DNA from: a virus
Virus record (IMG/VR): IMGVR_UViG_3300023109_000011
Coordinates: 34,113-98,112 of that record
Length of the DNA stretch: 64,000 nucleotides
Direction: 5' to 3' (one strand)
Below the pieces are notes generated by a model that saw only the letters and a list, made by a program, of their open reading frames with translations, did no database searches and was not told where the DNA came from. Below, in pieces: positions 17,978 to 28,966 of this stretch (its first letter is position 1; every line of letters starts with the position of its first letter). The translations under genes were made by a program, and so were the position numbers.

Positions 17978-20900
17978 TTAAAAAGTTCCTCCGTCTAGTG
18001 TTGTAACCGTAACATCACCACTAGAGACTGTAAAATTATTTATGTTAAATGAAGCAACACCAATATTGGTATCCGTTGCTAATTCACCAGCAATCAATAT
18101 TTGATTATTGCTGACTGTTGTGTTGATCCCTTCACCTGCGGCAAACGAGATCCCTTCACCTAGCGCTACCACATCTGTAGTACCACTCTCAGCTGATATA
18201 GAGATACCTGCTGCTGATATTGAATCTAATTCTGTTTGTAAATATTGTAGGTTTACTGCATCTAAACTGTTGACAGGATCATTCAAACCTGTTATAATAC
18301 TATTATCCACTCCAATAATACTAGTGGCTGGGGATATTGTAAAGTCACCAGCTGTCGTAGATAATTGGTTGTTGGCTAATTCTAAATTCCCACCTATCGT
18401 AACTTCTTCGTCGAGATTCAACGCAAGCATTCGAGAGGTTCTTTGATTCATATCAAGATAGTAAGCCTGATCATTTGAATCATAGAATCTTTGAGAATAG
18501 ATGTATCCGTCTAGTACCTTCCAACTGTTGTTAATAGTATCAAAGTAAGTACCAAAGTTAAACGAACTACTTAAGTAACCAATTCGTGTTGATGTAGCAT
18601 ATATGTACTGAGCACTGAATGGACCAGTAGACATTTCAATCTGTGACTGAGATAACTGGTGACCAACGATCAGGTTCTTAATTTTAGAAGTTGATGATGG
18701 CTGTACAAAATAATCAGTATCATCTGAATCGATAAACTTAGGTGCTTGAAGGTCACCGGTCATTGTATCACCGGTTACGTTAATGTACCTTGCATCAGCA
18801 CCTGAAGCGTTAAAATCTAAAGTTGTTTCAATATGTACGTTTGAGTTGTTAACAACAGTATTCGATCCAACGACTGCACCATCTAAGAATATGTCAAAGC
18901 TGTTGGTAGCAAAATCGAGTTTAAGACTTGCTGTATTAGCAGATACTCGAATACCACGCTCATCATTACCATTACGAACAGAGTTATCAATTACATCAAA
19001 GATCGATCCGGCAAAGTCAACAACCGCGTTAGATGATACAGATAGAGGAACGTTAATTAATGAACGAACACGACCATAGACGTCAAACTCAAAGTTTGGA
19101 ACTGTTCCTTCAACACCAGCTTCTCTTAAACCTACAAACGATTGCCAAACTGGATCTAATCCAATCTGCAATGTATTGTCTGCACTACTATATGATTCGA
19201 TTGTAAGAGCGGTACCAATTTCGATAGCACCGGGGTCAGAAGAATCTAATAGATCAAGAGGGTAAGTATTTGCACCTTTTGTTACATTAAAGGTACGAGC
19301 GTAGGTGTTTTCTAAATAATCTTTATTTACTGCATCAAAACTGTTGACAGGAGCATTCAAACCTGTTATAATACTGTTACCAACATTAAAGTTACCATCA
19401 AGGTTCAGGACTAGGTCAGCGTTGCTAGTTTGGATCTCTCCGTTAGCATTGACCTTAAAGTGTTCTACCCCAGCGGTAAAGAAACGAAGTTCGTCATTAT
19501 CCGCACCTGGTGTGCTTTCAGCATCAATAAATGTATCTTGGTCAACGTCTTTAACGCCACCTAAAGAAGCCCAGGCCGTTCCACTATATCCTTCGAATAC
19601 TCCATCAGTAGAGTTGAAACGAACCATACCAGAAGCAAGACTAGCAGGACGGTCTGATGTTGTACCAACCGGAACAGTAAATGCACCAGTAGTATTAACA
19701 CCGATAACGCCAGTATCCGATTCCAGTACTCTTATATATAGCGTGTCCCAGTTACTTCCAGTAGCACCTAAGTCGTATGTCGCGTCATCCTTTGGAACTA
19801 AACTACTAGTAAAGTCTGCAACAACATTAATCGTATCTACGACATTGTCACCGAGCTGTAAGTTACCAGCAATCGTTACATCACCTGTAAATTCTCCATC
19901 GCCATCAACATAGAATTTAGAACCATCCCATGCTAACCCTGCAGAATCTTCAAGCTCACCATTTGTTCCAGTAAATACGACTCGTTGAGGAGTAAGATCT
20001 AAAACATTAACACTTGGTACAGTTACTTGATCACCGCCGAAGACACCACCGTCTCCAATAGTAAGTGATCCACTGATATCGACACTACCTACAATATCAA
20101 GATTAGCACCATCATAAGTAAATCCAGAACTACCTTGTAATGCTCCATTGGCTCCAGCTACAAAGACTTGATTTTGTGTAACTGTTTCAATTGTAGGTGC
20201 AACTAAGAATGCAGAAGTCGCATTCACATTCATATGCGAACCATCGAACTGAATATTGTTATTCGATGATAATGCGCCGGTATCCGATACGAACATCATT
20301 GTGTTCGCTTGCAAGTTACCTACTGATAAGCTATCGCCTGATAAACCACCTGATGTACTAAAGTCACCATCAACCGTAATACCACCAAGGATTGTTAAAT
20401 TGGTTCCATCCCATGCAAGGTTAGCTTCCCCGCGTAGGTCTCCGCCTGGGCCCGCGTAGACGATCCCACTGACAGGAATATCTGGAACTTTAACACCTTC
20501 AAAGGTAGCATCACGAGTGCTGTAATCAAATATTACTGCGCCGTTAGCGTAATTAAATTCACCGTCTTGATTAATCTGTAATCTTTGTACACCGGCAGTA
20601 AAGAAGTCGAGATCATCGCCATCATCGCCTGGTCCGGTTTCAGCCCGTATAAACGTATCTTTATCAACGTCTTTTACACTACCTGCCAACTCAGCCCATG
20701 AATTACCGTCGTAACCTTCGAATCTCTCATCCGTAAGGTTATAACGAATCATTCCATAAGCGCTATTAGCTGGACGTTCAGCAGTTGAACCAGCTGGTAA
20801 AGTTAAAGCACCGGATGTGTCGATAGTAATAACTTCACTATCGCTCTTAAGATTTTCTGTATAAACTCGATACCAGTTCTTACCTATCGTACCAAGACTG

Positions 20901-22108
20901 TATAGGCCTGAAGCATCAGGTATAATATCTGAAGTAAAGTCTGCAACGACATTGATTGTATCAATGGGAGCGTCACCAAGAATAATATTACCACCAATCG
21001 TAATATTACCGGTAATGTCTGCATCACCATCAACTACAAATGTTGACCCGTCAAATGTAAGTCCACTACTATCAACTAACTCGCCTTGAGGACCAGTAAA
21101 CACGACTCGTTGAGGTGTAAGATCTGTTACGTTAACTGAGCCTAGTGTTGTCTGGCCAGGAACAGAAAGTATGTCGAGGAACACACCACCAGTTGCTGTA
21201 ATCGAAACACCATCAAAGCTTAGGTTAGCAGAATCAATAAGCTCGCCGTTTGCACCGGCATACATAATTCGACCTTCGTTAAGGTCTTCAATGTTTACAC
21301 TACCGAATGTTGCTTGGCCCGGAACAGATAAGTTGTCTAAGAAGACACCACCTGTTGCAATAATACTTGTATCGTTGAATGTTAGATTTGAAGAATCAAT
21401 AAGCTCGCCATTAGCTCCAACGTATACTATGCGACCTTGCGTTAAGTCTGTAACATTAACACTTCCCAATCCAGACTGGCCGGGAACTTGTAATCCATCG
21501 AGGAATACACCACCATCTGCAATTAATGATGTACCATCGTATCGTAACCCATCCGTATCGATGATAGCACCATTAGCGCCAGCATATAGAATACGACCTT
21601 CTGTCTTATCTCTTATTGTAAGACTGTCAGCTGATACCGGACCACCGATGTCGAGAGATGATAAACCGACAAGTGTATCAACGGTTTCACCGAGAGTTAG
21701 AGAGGTATTACCAATCGTGATATCATTTGAAATAATAACAGTCGAGTTGGCTGAGAAATTGAGTGGGTTAAGACTTGTATTTTCGAATTGAGTAATATGA
21801 CCAAACTGATCAATATTAATATTTTTTGGAAACTGAAGATTTCCGTTTACCGTGCTAACTTCAGAAGAAGTATTTGCGTGACCGATAACAACGTTTGCGG
21901 CCTGATCATTAACTGTTTGAGTAACAATGATACCATTGGCACTTTCAATTTGCTGAACGTAATTACCAATTGTATCAATGCCAAGGACGACAGAATCTGG
22001 AACGATCTGTGGCTTTCGTTCTGCTGGAGCGACTATGCTAGTTTTAGAACCTTCCTTGGGTATGGCCTTAATACTTCGGCCACCACCAATCTTGACCTTT
22101 ATGCTCAC
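17978..22108 (-). CDS. Tail fibre / virion structural protein (1376 aa)
   Basis: Repeated RIVYAGANGELIDS.NL.F units; two LP.G.T..RP....GM.R.N.....FEGY.G..W..L.G.VKDVD.DT modules typical of marine T4-like fibres; two P.NS.DAVN..YL stalk motifs; C-terminal DGGTF. Confidence 0.78.
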   Translation of the reverse strand: MSIKVKIGGGRSIKAIPKEGSKTSIVAPAERKPQIVPDSVVLGIDTIGNYVQQIESANGIIVTQTVNDQAANVVIGHANTSSEVSTVNGNLQFPKNINIDQFGHITQFENTSLNPLNFSANSTVIISNDITIGNTSLTLGETVDTLVGLSSLDIGGPVSADSLTIRDKTEGRILYAGANGAIIDTDGLRYDGTSLIADGGVFLDGLQVPGQSGLGSVNVTDLTQGRIVYVGANGELIDSSNLTFNDTSIIATGGVFLDNLSVPGQATFGSVNIEDLNEGRIMYAGANGELIDSANLSFDGVSITATGGVFLDILSVPGQTTLGSVNVTDLTPQRVVFTGPQGELVDSSGLTFDGSTFVVDGDADITGNITIGGNIILGDAPIDTINVVADFTSDIIPDASGLYSLGTIGKNWYRVYTENLKSDSEVITIDTSGALTLPAGSTAERPANSAYGMIRYNLTDERFEGYDGNSWAELAGSVKDVDKDTFIRAETGPGDDGDDLDFFTAGVQRLQINQDGEFNYANGAVIFDYSTRDATFEGVKVPDIPVSGIVYAGPGGDLRGEANLAWDGTNLTILGGITVDGDFSTSGGLSGDSLSVGNLQANTMMFVSDTGALSSNNNIQFDGSHMNVNATSAFLVAPTIETVTQNQVFVAGANGALQGSSGFTYDGANLDIVGSVDISGSLTIGDGGVFGGDQVTVPSVNVLDLTPQRVVFTGTNGELEDSAGLAWDGSKFYVDGDGEFTGDVTIAGNLQLGDNVVDTINVVADFTSSLVPKDDATYDLGATGSNWDTLYIRVLESDTGVIGVNTTGAFTVPVGTTSDRPASLASGMVRFNSTDGVFEGYSGTAWASLGGVKDVDQDTFIDAESTPGADNDELRFFTAGVEHFKVNANGEIQTSNADLVLNLDGNFNVGNSIITGLNAPVNSFDAVNKDYLENTYARTFNVTKGANTYPLDLLDSSDPGAIEIGTALTIESYSSADNTLQIGLDPVWQSFVGLREAGVEGTVPNFEFDVYGRVRSLINVPLSVSSNAVVDFAGSIFDVIDNSVRNGNDERGIRVSANTASLKLDFATNSFDIFLDGAVVGSNTVVNNSNVHIETTLDFNASGADARYINVTGDTMTGDLQAPKFIDSDDTDYFVQPSSTSKIKNLIVGHQLSQSQIEMSTGPFSAQYIYATSTRIGYLSSSFNFGTYFDTINNSWKVLDGYIYSQRFYDSNDQAYYLDMNQRTSRMLALNLDEEVTIGGNLELANNQLSTTAGDFTISPATSIIGVDNSIITGLNDPVNSLDAVNLQYLQTELDSISAAGISISAESGTTDVVALGEGISFAAGEGINTTVSNNQILIAGELATDTNIGVASFNINNFTVSSGDVTVTTLDGGTF

Positions 22109-22443
22109 GAAACCTCCGTGATAGTATCGACTACGATTGCTAAGCCTTCAACTATTTTTGACAATTCTCCTGTTTGTTTTTGCATTATTACGTCGTATTG
22201 ATACTTTCCAGGTTTGAGAGCATCGGTTTGTTGATCAGTTAGAACGAGAGTGATGTCATTATTGGATTTTTCTATCGTGAAGTCTGCTAAACTCGTGCCT
22301 GAATATACTTTTCGTAGACTGCTATAGAAGCTATAAACGCTCATTGTTACGTCAGAATATTCTTGCCCTTCGTCGTTAAAAAGCTCGATAGCGGTTCTAA
22401 AGTCAGTTCCTTTGTCAATGTATATGTTAGCTCTGGATGCCAT
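22105..22443 (-). CDS. Small conserved Ig-like (BppU-type) virion protein
   Basis: ANIYIDKGTDF...ITLVLTDQQTDALKPGKYQYDVIM...KIVEG pattern, common next to fibre genes in marine T4-like phages. Overlaps the next gene by 4 bp (ATGA). Confidence 0.65.
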   Translation of the reverse strand: MASRANIYIDKGTDFRTAIELFNDEGQEYSDVTMSVYSFYSSLRKVYSGTSLADFTIEKSNNDITLVLTDQQTDALKPGKYQYDVIMQKQTGELSKIVEGLAIVVDTITEVS

Positions 22444-22477
22444 TGTGATGAACCTTCTTAGTTGATCCTGTTTCTTA

Positions 22478-22485
22478 TATTTATT
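22478..22485 (-). promoter_or_regulatory. T4-type late promoter variant AATAAATA
   Basis: tatttatt on the + strand, about 35 bp upstream of the ATG at 22443. Confidence 0.55.
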
Positions 22486-23419
22486 AAACTACTAATACGT
22501 TTCTATTTATTCGAGTAGACTGCACAGCCAGAACCCGTAAACCAGGACGTATCTTCGATCCTCTTCGAGAGGAGTCATTACGAATCAAAAAGAATATTTC
22601 ATATTTACCGGTCAAATCAGTTATTGAATCGATAACTTTAGTGCCAGTAATTACTAGTTCATCACCTACAATATTAAAATCTCTCTGATTAAATGTTTTA
22701 ACTAATACGCAGCCCTTTCTTTGAAGTATATCGCTCCCAAACACCACATCGGTTTTTTCTTGAGCTGTGGCTGCTTTTGCAACACTTGGTTTTATCTTAA
22801 AGACAGAACCGGTTTGTGCTACATCAATTTTATTTTGTTGTTCTAGACTATCTATAATATCTTTAGCTTTTGAAGACCAATAGCTGTCCGCAGACTCCCA
22901 CGTCTCAGCATTGTCTTTTTTAATCGATATTGGTATTTTTTGATTTGAAGTAGTAACAAGATTAATGTCAGCCTTTTTGCGACCAACAGTATCTCGTCCC
23001 ATCTCTTCGATGCCGGCTATATTTTTATAGAGTTTATTCTTAACACCGTCTGTGATTCGAATATTGATAGGACCGCCTGCCGTGTATTGTTTCACAAGCT
23101 TTATCATTAAAAGCTCGTTTTGAATACCGGCAGAAAAGTTCCCTTGCTTGGATGCGGGTCTTGCTTTAATTGTGAATTGACCTACGGTAACCGCTCCTAA
23201 AGATGATGATCCTTTGTTGGGATCATATACAGCTTGAATATCTCGAAGTCCCTCTTCTACTAGCTGAAGAACTTCGAGACGATTACCGTCGGTTAAGATC
23301 GATATCGTTCTACCAGAATCTCTTTTGAGATTAGTGTAATCTAATAGCTTAAGGCGATTTTCAAGGTCAGCGAGCGAGAAGTCAGCATTGCTGAGGGCAT
23401 CAGCTGTAAGTCTCGCCAT
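22484..23419 (-). CDS. Putative PD-(D/E)xK-fold (restriction-endonuclease-like) nuclease
   Basis: AGIQNE...RKKADINL...IPISIKKD resembles the E..K.D...S.K active-site arrangement of HinP1I/MspI-type nucleases. Basic, globular composition unlike its neighbours. Confidence 0.5.
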   Translation of the reverse strand: MARLTADALSNADFSLADLENRLKLLDYTNLKRDSGRTISILTDGNRLEVLQLVEEGLRDIQAVYDPNKGSSSLGAVTVGQFTIKARPASKQGNFSAGIQNELLMIKLVKQYTAGGPINIRITDGVKNKLYKNIAGIEEMGRDTVGRKKADINLVTTSNQKIPISIKKDNAETWESADSYWSSKAKDIIDSLEQQNKIDVAQTGSVFKIKPSVAKAATAQEKTDVVFGSDILQRKGCVLVKTFNQRDFNIVGDELVITGTKVIDSITDLTGKYEIFFLIRNDSSRRGSKIRPGLRVLAVQSTRINRNVLVV

Positions 23420-23433
23420 GGTGATCCCCCACC

Positions 23434-26400
23434 TTACTTATTAGACTTTAATTCATCGATCTGTTTTTGTTGTTCCTTAACGGCTTCGATTAATAATGCG
23501 ACCAAGTTAGAGTAAGAAACATTCTTAATCTTATCTTCTGAATCGTCTTCACCAACAACCTGTGGAACAATCTCTTCAACTTCTTGAGCGATAAGACCAA
23601 TCTTCTTACCAGTCATTTCTTTAAAGTTGAATTCAACACCTCTTAAGGAAAGTACCTTATCAAGAGCGTTCTCGATCGTTTCTACGTTTTCTTTAACTCG
23701 AGCATCAGAAGTTGAGTTAAAGTCTGCAGCGGTTAATTCACCGGTTCCTGTATCGAACTTGAACCTTTGAGTTGTTCCTTCGCGAATAAAGATGTCGTAG
23801 CTAGCGTCAGCATCGATGTACATTGCTGTGCCGTTGTTATAGAATTCAATATCCTTACCAGTACCGAAGTTAAGCTTAATGTTATCGTTAAACGTTAAGT
23901 CACCACCAGCTTGAACATTGTTTCCGCCACCATCATATCCAGCAGGCCATGCAGTTTCAGTAACACCACCTAGTGTAATACCACCTTCGACTGTTACGTT
24001 TTCAACAGATAATTCGTCATCGATGCCGGTATAGAATAGGTTAGAGTTTCCGCCTCCTGGCAGTGGTCGTGGGTTAGGACCAGTTGTACCATAAATTGGT
24101 CTACCACCTGAGCCACCTTGGACCAAGTTGACAAACATTGCAGTACCCTGAAGAGCACTAGTATAAAGGTTTTGTACGTCAACCGAACCAGTCGTACCAG
24201 TTAAACCTTGAATACCTTGCGGTCCAGTTGCACCTGCAAAGCCTTGTGGTCCTTCTGGTCCTGGTATGCCATCGCCGCCTGCTCCACCTTGAATACCTTG
24301 CGGTCCAATACCAAATGGTCCTTGGAAACCTTGAACTCCGCGATATCCTTGGGCGCCACCGCCACCACTAGGACCGGAACCACCTTGTGCTCCTATGAAT
24401 CCTTGGAATCCTTGCTCACCCTGAAGACCCTGTTCAGATCCACCGATTGGTCCTTGGAATCCTTGCTCACCTTGAACACCCTGTGCACCAATAGCACCTT
24501 GTAAACCAAATCCTGAAGGACCTTGTCCACCATCAGCACCTTGGAATCCACGATAACCCTGTACACCAACTCCACCAGTTCCGCCAGCCTCACCTTGTGG
24601 TCCTTGGAATCCGCGTTCACCTTGAACACCCTGAATACCTTGAGGTCCACCGTTCTCAGCGCCTTGAACACCTTGGAAACCTTGAATACCACGAGGACCT
24701 TGAGCACCTTCGACTCCATTACCGATTGCGCCCTGAATACCTATTTCACCCTGAACACCTTGAGTACCCTGTGGGCCTGGGTCACCAGCACCTCTTGTTC
24801 CTTGAGTTCCTTGGAATCCACGATATCCCTGAATACCCGTAGATGCATCACCCTGTTCGCCCTGAGGACCTTGAACACCTTGAGTACCGCTTGCACCCTG
24901 AGGACCTTCTTGACCTTGTCCAAATGCACCTTGAATACCTTGTACACCTTGAGTACCCTGTAGTCCCTGTACACCGTTACCGGTTAAACCAGAAATACCT
25001 TGCGGCCCTTGTATACCTTGAGCACCTTCATCACCAGCAGGACCCTGCGTACCAATTGCACTCGGTCCTTGAGCACCCTGTGGTCCTTGAATACCTTGAG
25101 CACCATCTGTTCCTGGGCCGCCCGGCTGACCTTCATCACCAGCAGGACCTTGAATACCGTCTTCACCAGTTGTACCTTGTGGTCCTTGAGGACCAGCTGG
25201 ACCCTGTGCACCTATACCGCCAGATCCATTAAATCCTTGGAATCCACGATAACCCTGTATCCCTAATGGACCTTGAGCACCGATACCACCAGTACCACCT
25301 TGAATACCATCAGTACCTTGTGGACCCTGAGGACCTTGAACACCTTGAGCGCCAGCACCTTCAGGACCATCACCACCTTGAACACCTTGAGTACCTTGAA
25401 CACCTTGAATACCCTGTGAGCCGATTCCTCCGCCGGCACCCTGTAAACCTTGAGCACCTTGGATACCAGTACCACCAGTAGCACCCTGAGGACCTGCTGA
25501 ACCAGTGGCACCAATGTCACCAGTTCGAGCAAATGTAATTGTAACATCTTCACCATTTGCGAACGATCCGTTTCCACTCACAAAGTCACAGTTGACAATG
25601 AAGTATCCACCTTGGTTAACCGTTCCGCTAATAGTAAAGATCTTGAAGTCTTGTGGTGCAGACTTCTTAGTAATCTTAAAGTGACCTTTAACAGGGCTTG
25701 TACTATCATCAATAGTAAGTAAGAAAGGCTCAATGTTAACGAAGTTATCGTCACGATCATCAATGAACATTGCTGTAATGTCAGCATCAGTTGTATCATT
25801 GACCTTTAACTTACCGAAGCCCGGATCAGCATTGTTTGTTGTATTGTCGAATGTGTAGTCGAATGTTACACCACCAAACGAACCATCGGCACCCTGAATA
25901 CCTAAGTCACCTTGTACACCCTGTACACCCTGTACACCAGCACCGGTAAATCCTTGTATACCTTGAGCACCCTGAGGTCCTTGAGCACCCTGCACACCAG
26001 CAGGTCCGCGTGGGATAAATGAGATTAGTGTTTCTGCTGAGTGAGATGCAGCAACCGCGGTCCAAGATGTCGCATTACCATCAACGTAATTAACGTCAAA
26101 GTAACCGTAATTCTTAGAACCTGAATCCCAAGACCAGTTTGTAACTTCGTATACGAGCCAATGGTGTCCGCCAGGTCCTGTTCCGCCGGGGCCTGCACCT
26201 GCCTGAATTTTTAAATAACCTTTTACGGTACCAGGTTGATTATCAATGAAGTCTAAGAAGTCATCAATTTCTGTATCGTATTGGTCGAAAGGAACATCGT
26301 CAAGTGTTAATAGGTCAGCCAGAGTTGTGTTTGCATTATTCAGTTTCCAGTTGTTGGTGCCTGGGTCTGTTCCACCCAGTGTGTTAGAACTCCAATTCCA

Positions 26401-28923
26401 CTTGAAGGTCATTCCACCATATTCACCTTGGTCGCCCTGGAAGCCGCGCCAACCCTGTAATCCTTGAGCACCTTGGGTACCTTGCGGTCCTTGCATACCT
26501 TGGATTGCTTCACCTTGTACGCCTTGGATACCTTGTGTACCCTGCATACCCTGAACACCTTGTGGTCCTTGCATGCCCTGGATTGCTTCACCCTGAACAC
26601 CTTGGAGACCTTGCATTCCCTGAGGACCCTGTGGTCCTTGCATACCTTGAATAGCTTCGCCTTGAACACCCTGTAAGCCTTGGAGACCTTGAGTACCCTG
26701 CGGTCCTTGAGGTCCTTGGATACCTTGGATTGCTTCACCTTGTACACCCTGAAGGCCCTGTAAGCCTTGGAGACCTTGCAATCCTTGAGTACCCTGCGTT
26801 CCTTGAACACCTTGAGCACCTTGTAAACCTTGGAGACCTTGCATTCCCTGAATACCTTGATCACCAGTTCTGACAAACGAGATTCGGAAATCAGTACCAT
26901 TAGGATAGGTTTGAGCAGCTGACATTGTATCAACGTCAATGAGATACCAACCTGAACCAGCGTTACCATTCAGAGCGCCACCAGTAACTTCGAACAGGGC
27001 ATAATTGTAAACGTTTGAAGCGTCTGCTAACTTTAAGTAACCCTTATTGCCTGGGTTAGTTGATGCAAAGAAGTCTGCAAGCATTGCAGCAATTTGTACA
27101 CTATCAGCATCTTCAACATCAAAGTAAAGTTGAGTAGAGTTACCGAAGACAGAATTGTTACCTTTTACAAAACCAATGCCGGGATCTGATGCTGTCGTGT
27201 CGGTAGCGTCATATGTAAATCTAAATGTAACTCCACCGTAAGCACCGGTAAAGCCTTGGGTACCTTGAGCACCCTGTAATCCTTGTGTTCCCTGAGTACC
27301 TTGAGAACCAGTTACACCTTGAGGTCCTTGTACACCCTGTAATCCTTGAACACCTTGTAGTCCCTGTGGACCTTGTACACCTTGAACGCCTTGAGGACCA
27401 AGATCACCTTGTAAACCCTGAACACCTTGTGGTCCACGGAAACCTTGGATACCTTGGTCACCTGCAATACTAAATGCAACAACCAAAGGTTGAGAAATAA
27501 ACGTGCCTGAACCAGGAGAAGATTCTGCAACAAAATGTTCTTTAGCAGCAGAACCAGAAACGTATGTGACATCGAGTTCCCAATATGATCCATCATCAAC
27601 CATTGTTTGAACGGTAAAGATAACGTATCTTGAAGGTTCATCGCGTCTTGTAATTTTTACGAATGCTTTATTTGCGGATGTAGACTGAGATACAGCAGTG
27701 AGCAAAGGCTCAATGTCATTGTTATAGGTATCATTTTCGCTGATATAAAGTTTAGTTACAGCACTAAAGTCGTCAGTTGGATTTGATTGACCGTTAACTT
27801 GGAAGAATCCGCCGGGAGGAGCAGGAAACTCTCCACTCGTGTTCATCATTCCAAAGTCTATAACACCACCTGAGTCTGTACCGTTATATCCTTGTAAACC
27901 TAACTTACCTTGGATACCGGTGAAACCTTGCGTACCTTGAACACCTTGTGTTCCCTGAGTACCTTGAATACCCAAGTCACCTTGAATACCTTGTGTACCC
28001 TGAACACCTTGCGGTCCACGTCTACCTTGAACACCCTGTGTTCCTTGGAAGCCACGGAAACCTTGAAGACCTTGAGTACCCTGTGCGCCTTGGAAACCAC
28101 GAACACCACGATAACCCTGAACACCAGTATTACCGGTTGGTCCTTGAGTACCTTGTGGTCCTAGATCGCCTTGTAAACCTTGAATCCCTCTGAATGAACC
28201 AATGTTTATCCAAGCGGCTCCGTCATAAATCCAGAGCTCATCATCGGCTTCATCAATAACACCGTCACCGGTATTGGGAGTTGCAAATGCTGCGTTTAAT
28301 GTTGCTTGAGGATCACCGCCTGAGTCAACATCTGGTACTGATCCGACAATAGTAAAGCCAGGACCATACTCACCTTGAGTACCTTGAACACCTTGTATGC
28401 CCGGTATACCTTGACCAACCGAAACAACTGGATCTGATCCAAATACCATGATACTAAATGCACTTGCACCAGATGGAGCGGTTGCAGCACCATTGTCATC
28501 ATAGAACGAAGCTTCAAATCCGTTGACTGTTTTACTTTGAATCGAAACTAACCGGCTATCGTCATTCAATTCACCGTCAGTAATAACAGTATAATCTGTG
28601 TCAGGCTGAGCGGTATCGAAGGTAAAGTCTGCGGTCCCAGCAGCTCCATCCCAGTTGGACATTGAGATTCCAGTACCTGAGATATCTGCTGTTTGGCCTA
28701 CTCGAATAAATGCGAATGGAAGGATAGCATTAACTGCTCCTCCTGTCCCTGCGCCTGCTAGTTCTACCCAAGCAGTTCCATCGGAAAAATATACCTTATC
28801 GTTATCGGCATAAACGAGAGCGCCCTCGTGGACGACAGGATCTAATGTAATCGGAAACGCTTGCGGCGTTCCGAAGCCTATTAGCTTACTTCTTCCTGTT
28901 AGTGTGCCGAATCTATTGGCCAT
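23434..28923 (-). CDS. Collagen-like (Gly-X-Gln) fibre with four globular inserts and C-terminal S74 chaperone
   Basis: Long G-X-Y tracts (GIQGVQGTQG...). C-terminus reads STSDARVKENVETIENALDKVLSLRGVEF...IGLIAQEVE...LLIEAVKEQQ. Confidence 0.9.
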   Translation of the reverse strand: MANRFGTLTGRSKLIGFGTPQAFPITLDPVVHEGALVYADNDKVYFSDGTAWVELAGAGTGGAVNAILPFAFIRVGQTADISGTGISMSNWDGAAGTADFTFDTAQPDTDYTVITDGELNDDSRLVSIQSKTVNGFEASFYDDNGAATAPSGASAFSIMVFGSDPVVSVGQGIPGIQGVQGTQGEYGPGFTIVGSVPDVDSGGDPQATLNAAFATPNTGDGVIDEADDELWIYDGAAWINIGSFRGIQGLQGDLGPQGTQGPTGNTGVQGYRGVRGFQGAQGTQGLQGFRGFQGTQGVQGRRGPQGVQGTQGIQGDLGIQGTQGTQGVQGTQGFTGIQGKLGLQGYNGTDSGGVIDFGMMNTSGEFPAPPGGFFQVNGQSNPTDDFSAVTKLYISENDTYNNDIEPLLTAVSQSTSANKAFVKITRRDEPSRYVIFTVQTMVDDGSYWELDVTYVSGSAAKEHFVAESSPGSGTFISQPLVVAFSIAGDQGIQGFRGPQGVQGLQGDLGPQGVQGVQGPQGLQGVQGLQGVQGPQGVTGSQGTQGTQGLQGAQGTQGFTGAYGGVTFRFTYDATDTTASDPGIGFVKGNNSVFGNSTQLYFDVEDADSVQIAAMLADFFASTNPGNKGYLKLADASNVYNYALFEVTGGALNGNAGSGWYLIDVDTMSAAQTYPNGTDFRISFVRTGDQGIQGMQGLQGLQGAQGVQGTQGTQGLQGLQGLQGLQGVQGEAIQGIQGPQGPQGTQGLQGLQGVQGEAIQGMQGPQGPQGMQGLQGVQGEAIQGMQGPQGVQGMQGTQGIQGVQGEAIQGMQGPQGTQGAQGLQGWRGFQGDQGEYGGMTFKWNWSSNTLGGTDPGTNNWKLNNANTTLADLLTLDDVPFDQYDTEIDDFLDFIDNQPGTVKGYLKIQAGAGPGGTGPGGHHWLVYEVTNWSWDSGSKNYGYFDVNYVDGNATSWTAVAASHSAETLISFIPRGPAGVQGAQGPQGAQGIQGFTGAGVQGVQGVQGDLGIQGADGSFGGVTFDYTFDNTTNNADPGFGKLKVNDTTDADITAMFIDDRDDNFVNIEPFLLTIDDSTSPVKGHFKITKKSAPQDFKIFTISGTVNQGGYFIVNCDFVSGNGSFANGEDVTITFARTGDIGATGSAGPQGATGGTGIQGAQGLQGAGGGIGSQGIQGVQGTQGVQGGDGPEGAGAQGVQGPQGPQGTDGIQGGTGGIGAQGPLGIQGYRGFQGFNGSGGIGAQGPAGPQGPQGTTGEDGIQGPAGDEGQPGGPGTDGAQGIQGPQGAQGPSAIGTQGPAGDEGAQGIQGPQGISGLTGNGVQGLQGTQGVQGIQGAFGQGQEGPQGASGTQGVQGPQGEQGDASTGIQGYRGFQGTQGTRGAGDPGPQGTQGVQGEIGIQGAIGNGVEGAQGPRGIQGFQGVQGAENGGPQGIQGVQGERGFQGPQGEAGGTGGVGVQGYRGFQGADGGQGPSGFGLQGAIGAQGVQGEQGFQGPIGGSEQGLQGEQGFQGFIGAQGGSGPSGGGGAQGYRGVQGFQGPFGIGPQGIQGGAGGDGIPGPEGPQGFAGATGPQGIQGLTGTTGSVDVQNLYTSALQGTAMFVNLVQGGSGGRPIYGTTGPNPRPLPGGGNSNLFYTGIDDELSVENVTVEGGITLGGVTETAWPAGYDGGGNNVQAGGDLTFNDNIKLNFGTGKDIEFYNNGTAMYIDADASYDIFIREGTTQRFKFDTGTGELTAADFNSTSDARVKENVETIENALDKVLSLRGVEFNFKEMTGKKIGLIAQEVEEIVPQVVGEDDSEDKIKNVSYSNLVALLIEAVKEQQKQIDELKSNK

Positions 28924-28966
28924 TTAGTATTTCTCCGTGATCCTTTATTATACTATATATGTTGTT

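Noticed and set aside
24190-28410. Periodic 9-bp-based repeats as a CRISPR array or satellite
   Set aside because: They are codon-level Gly-X-Gln repeats (ccttg/ccctg on the + strand) with no constant repeat plus unique spacer structure.
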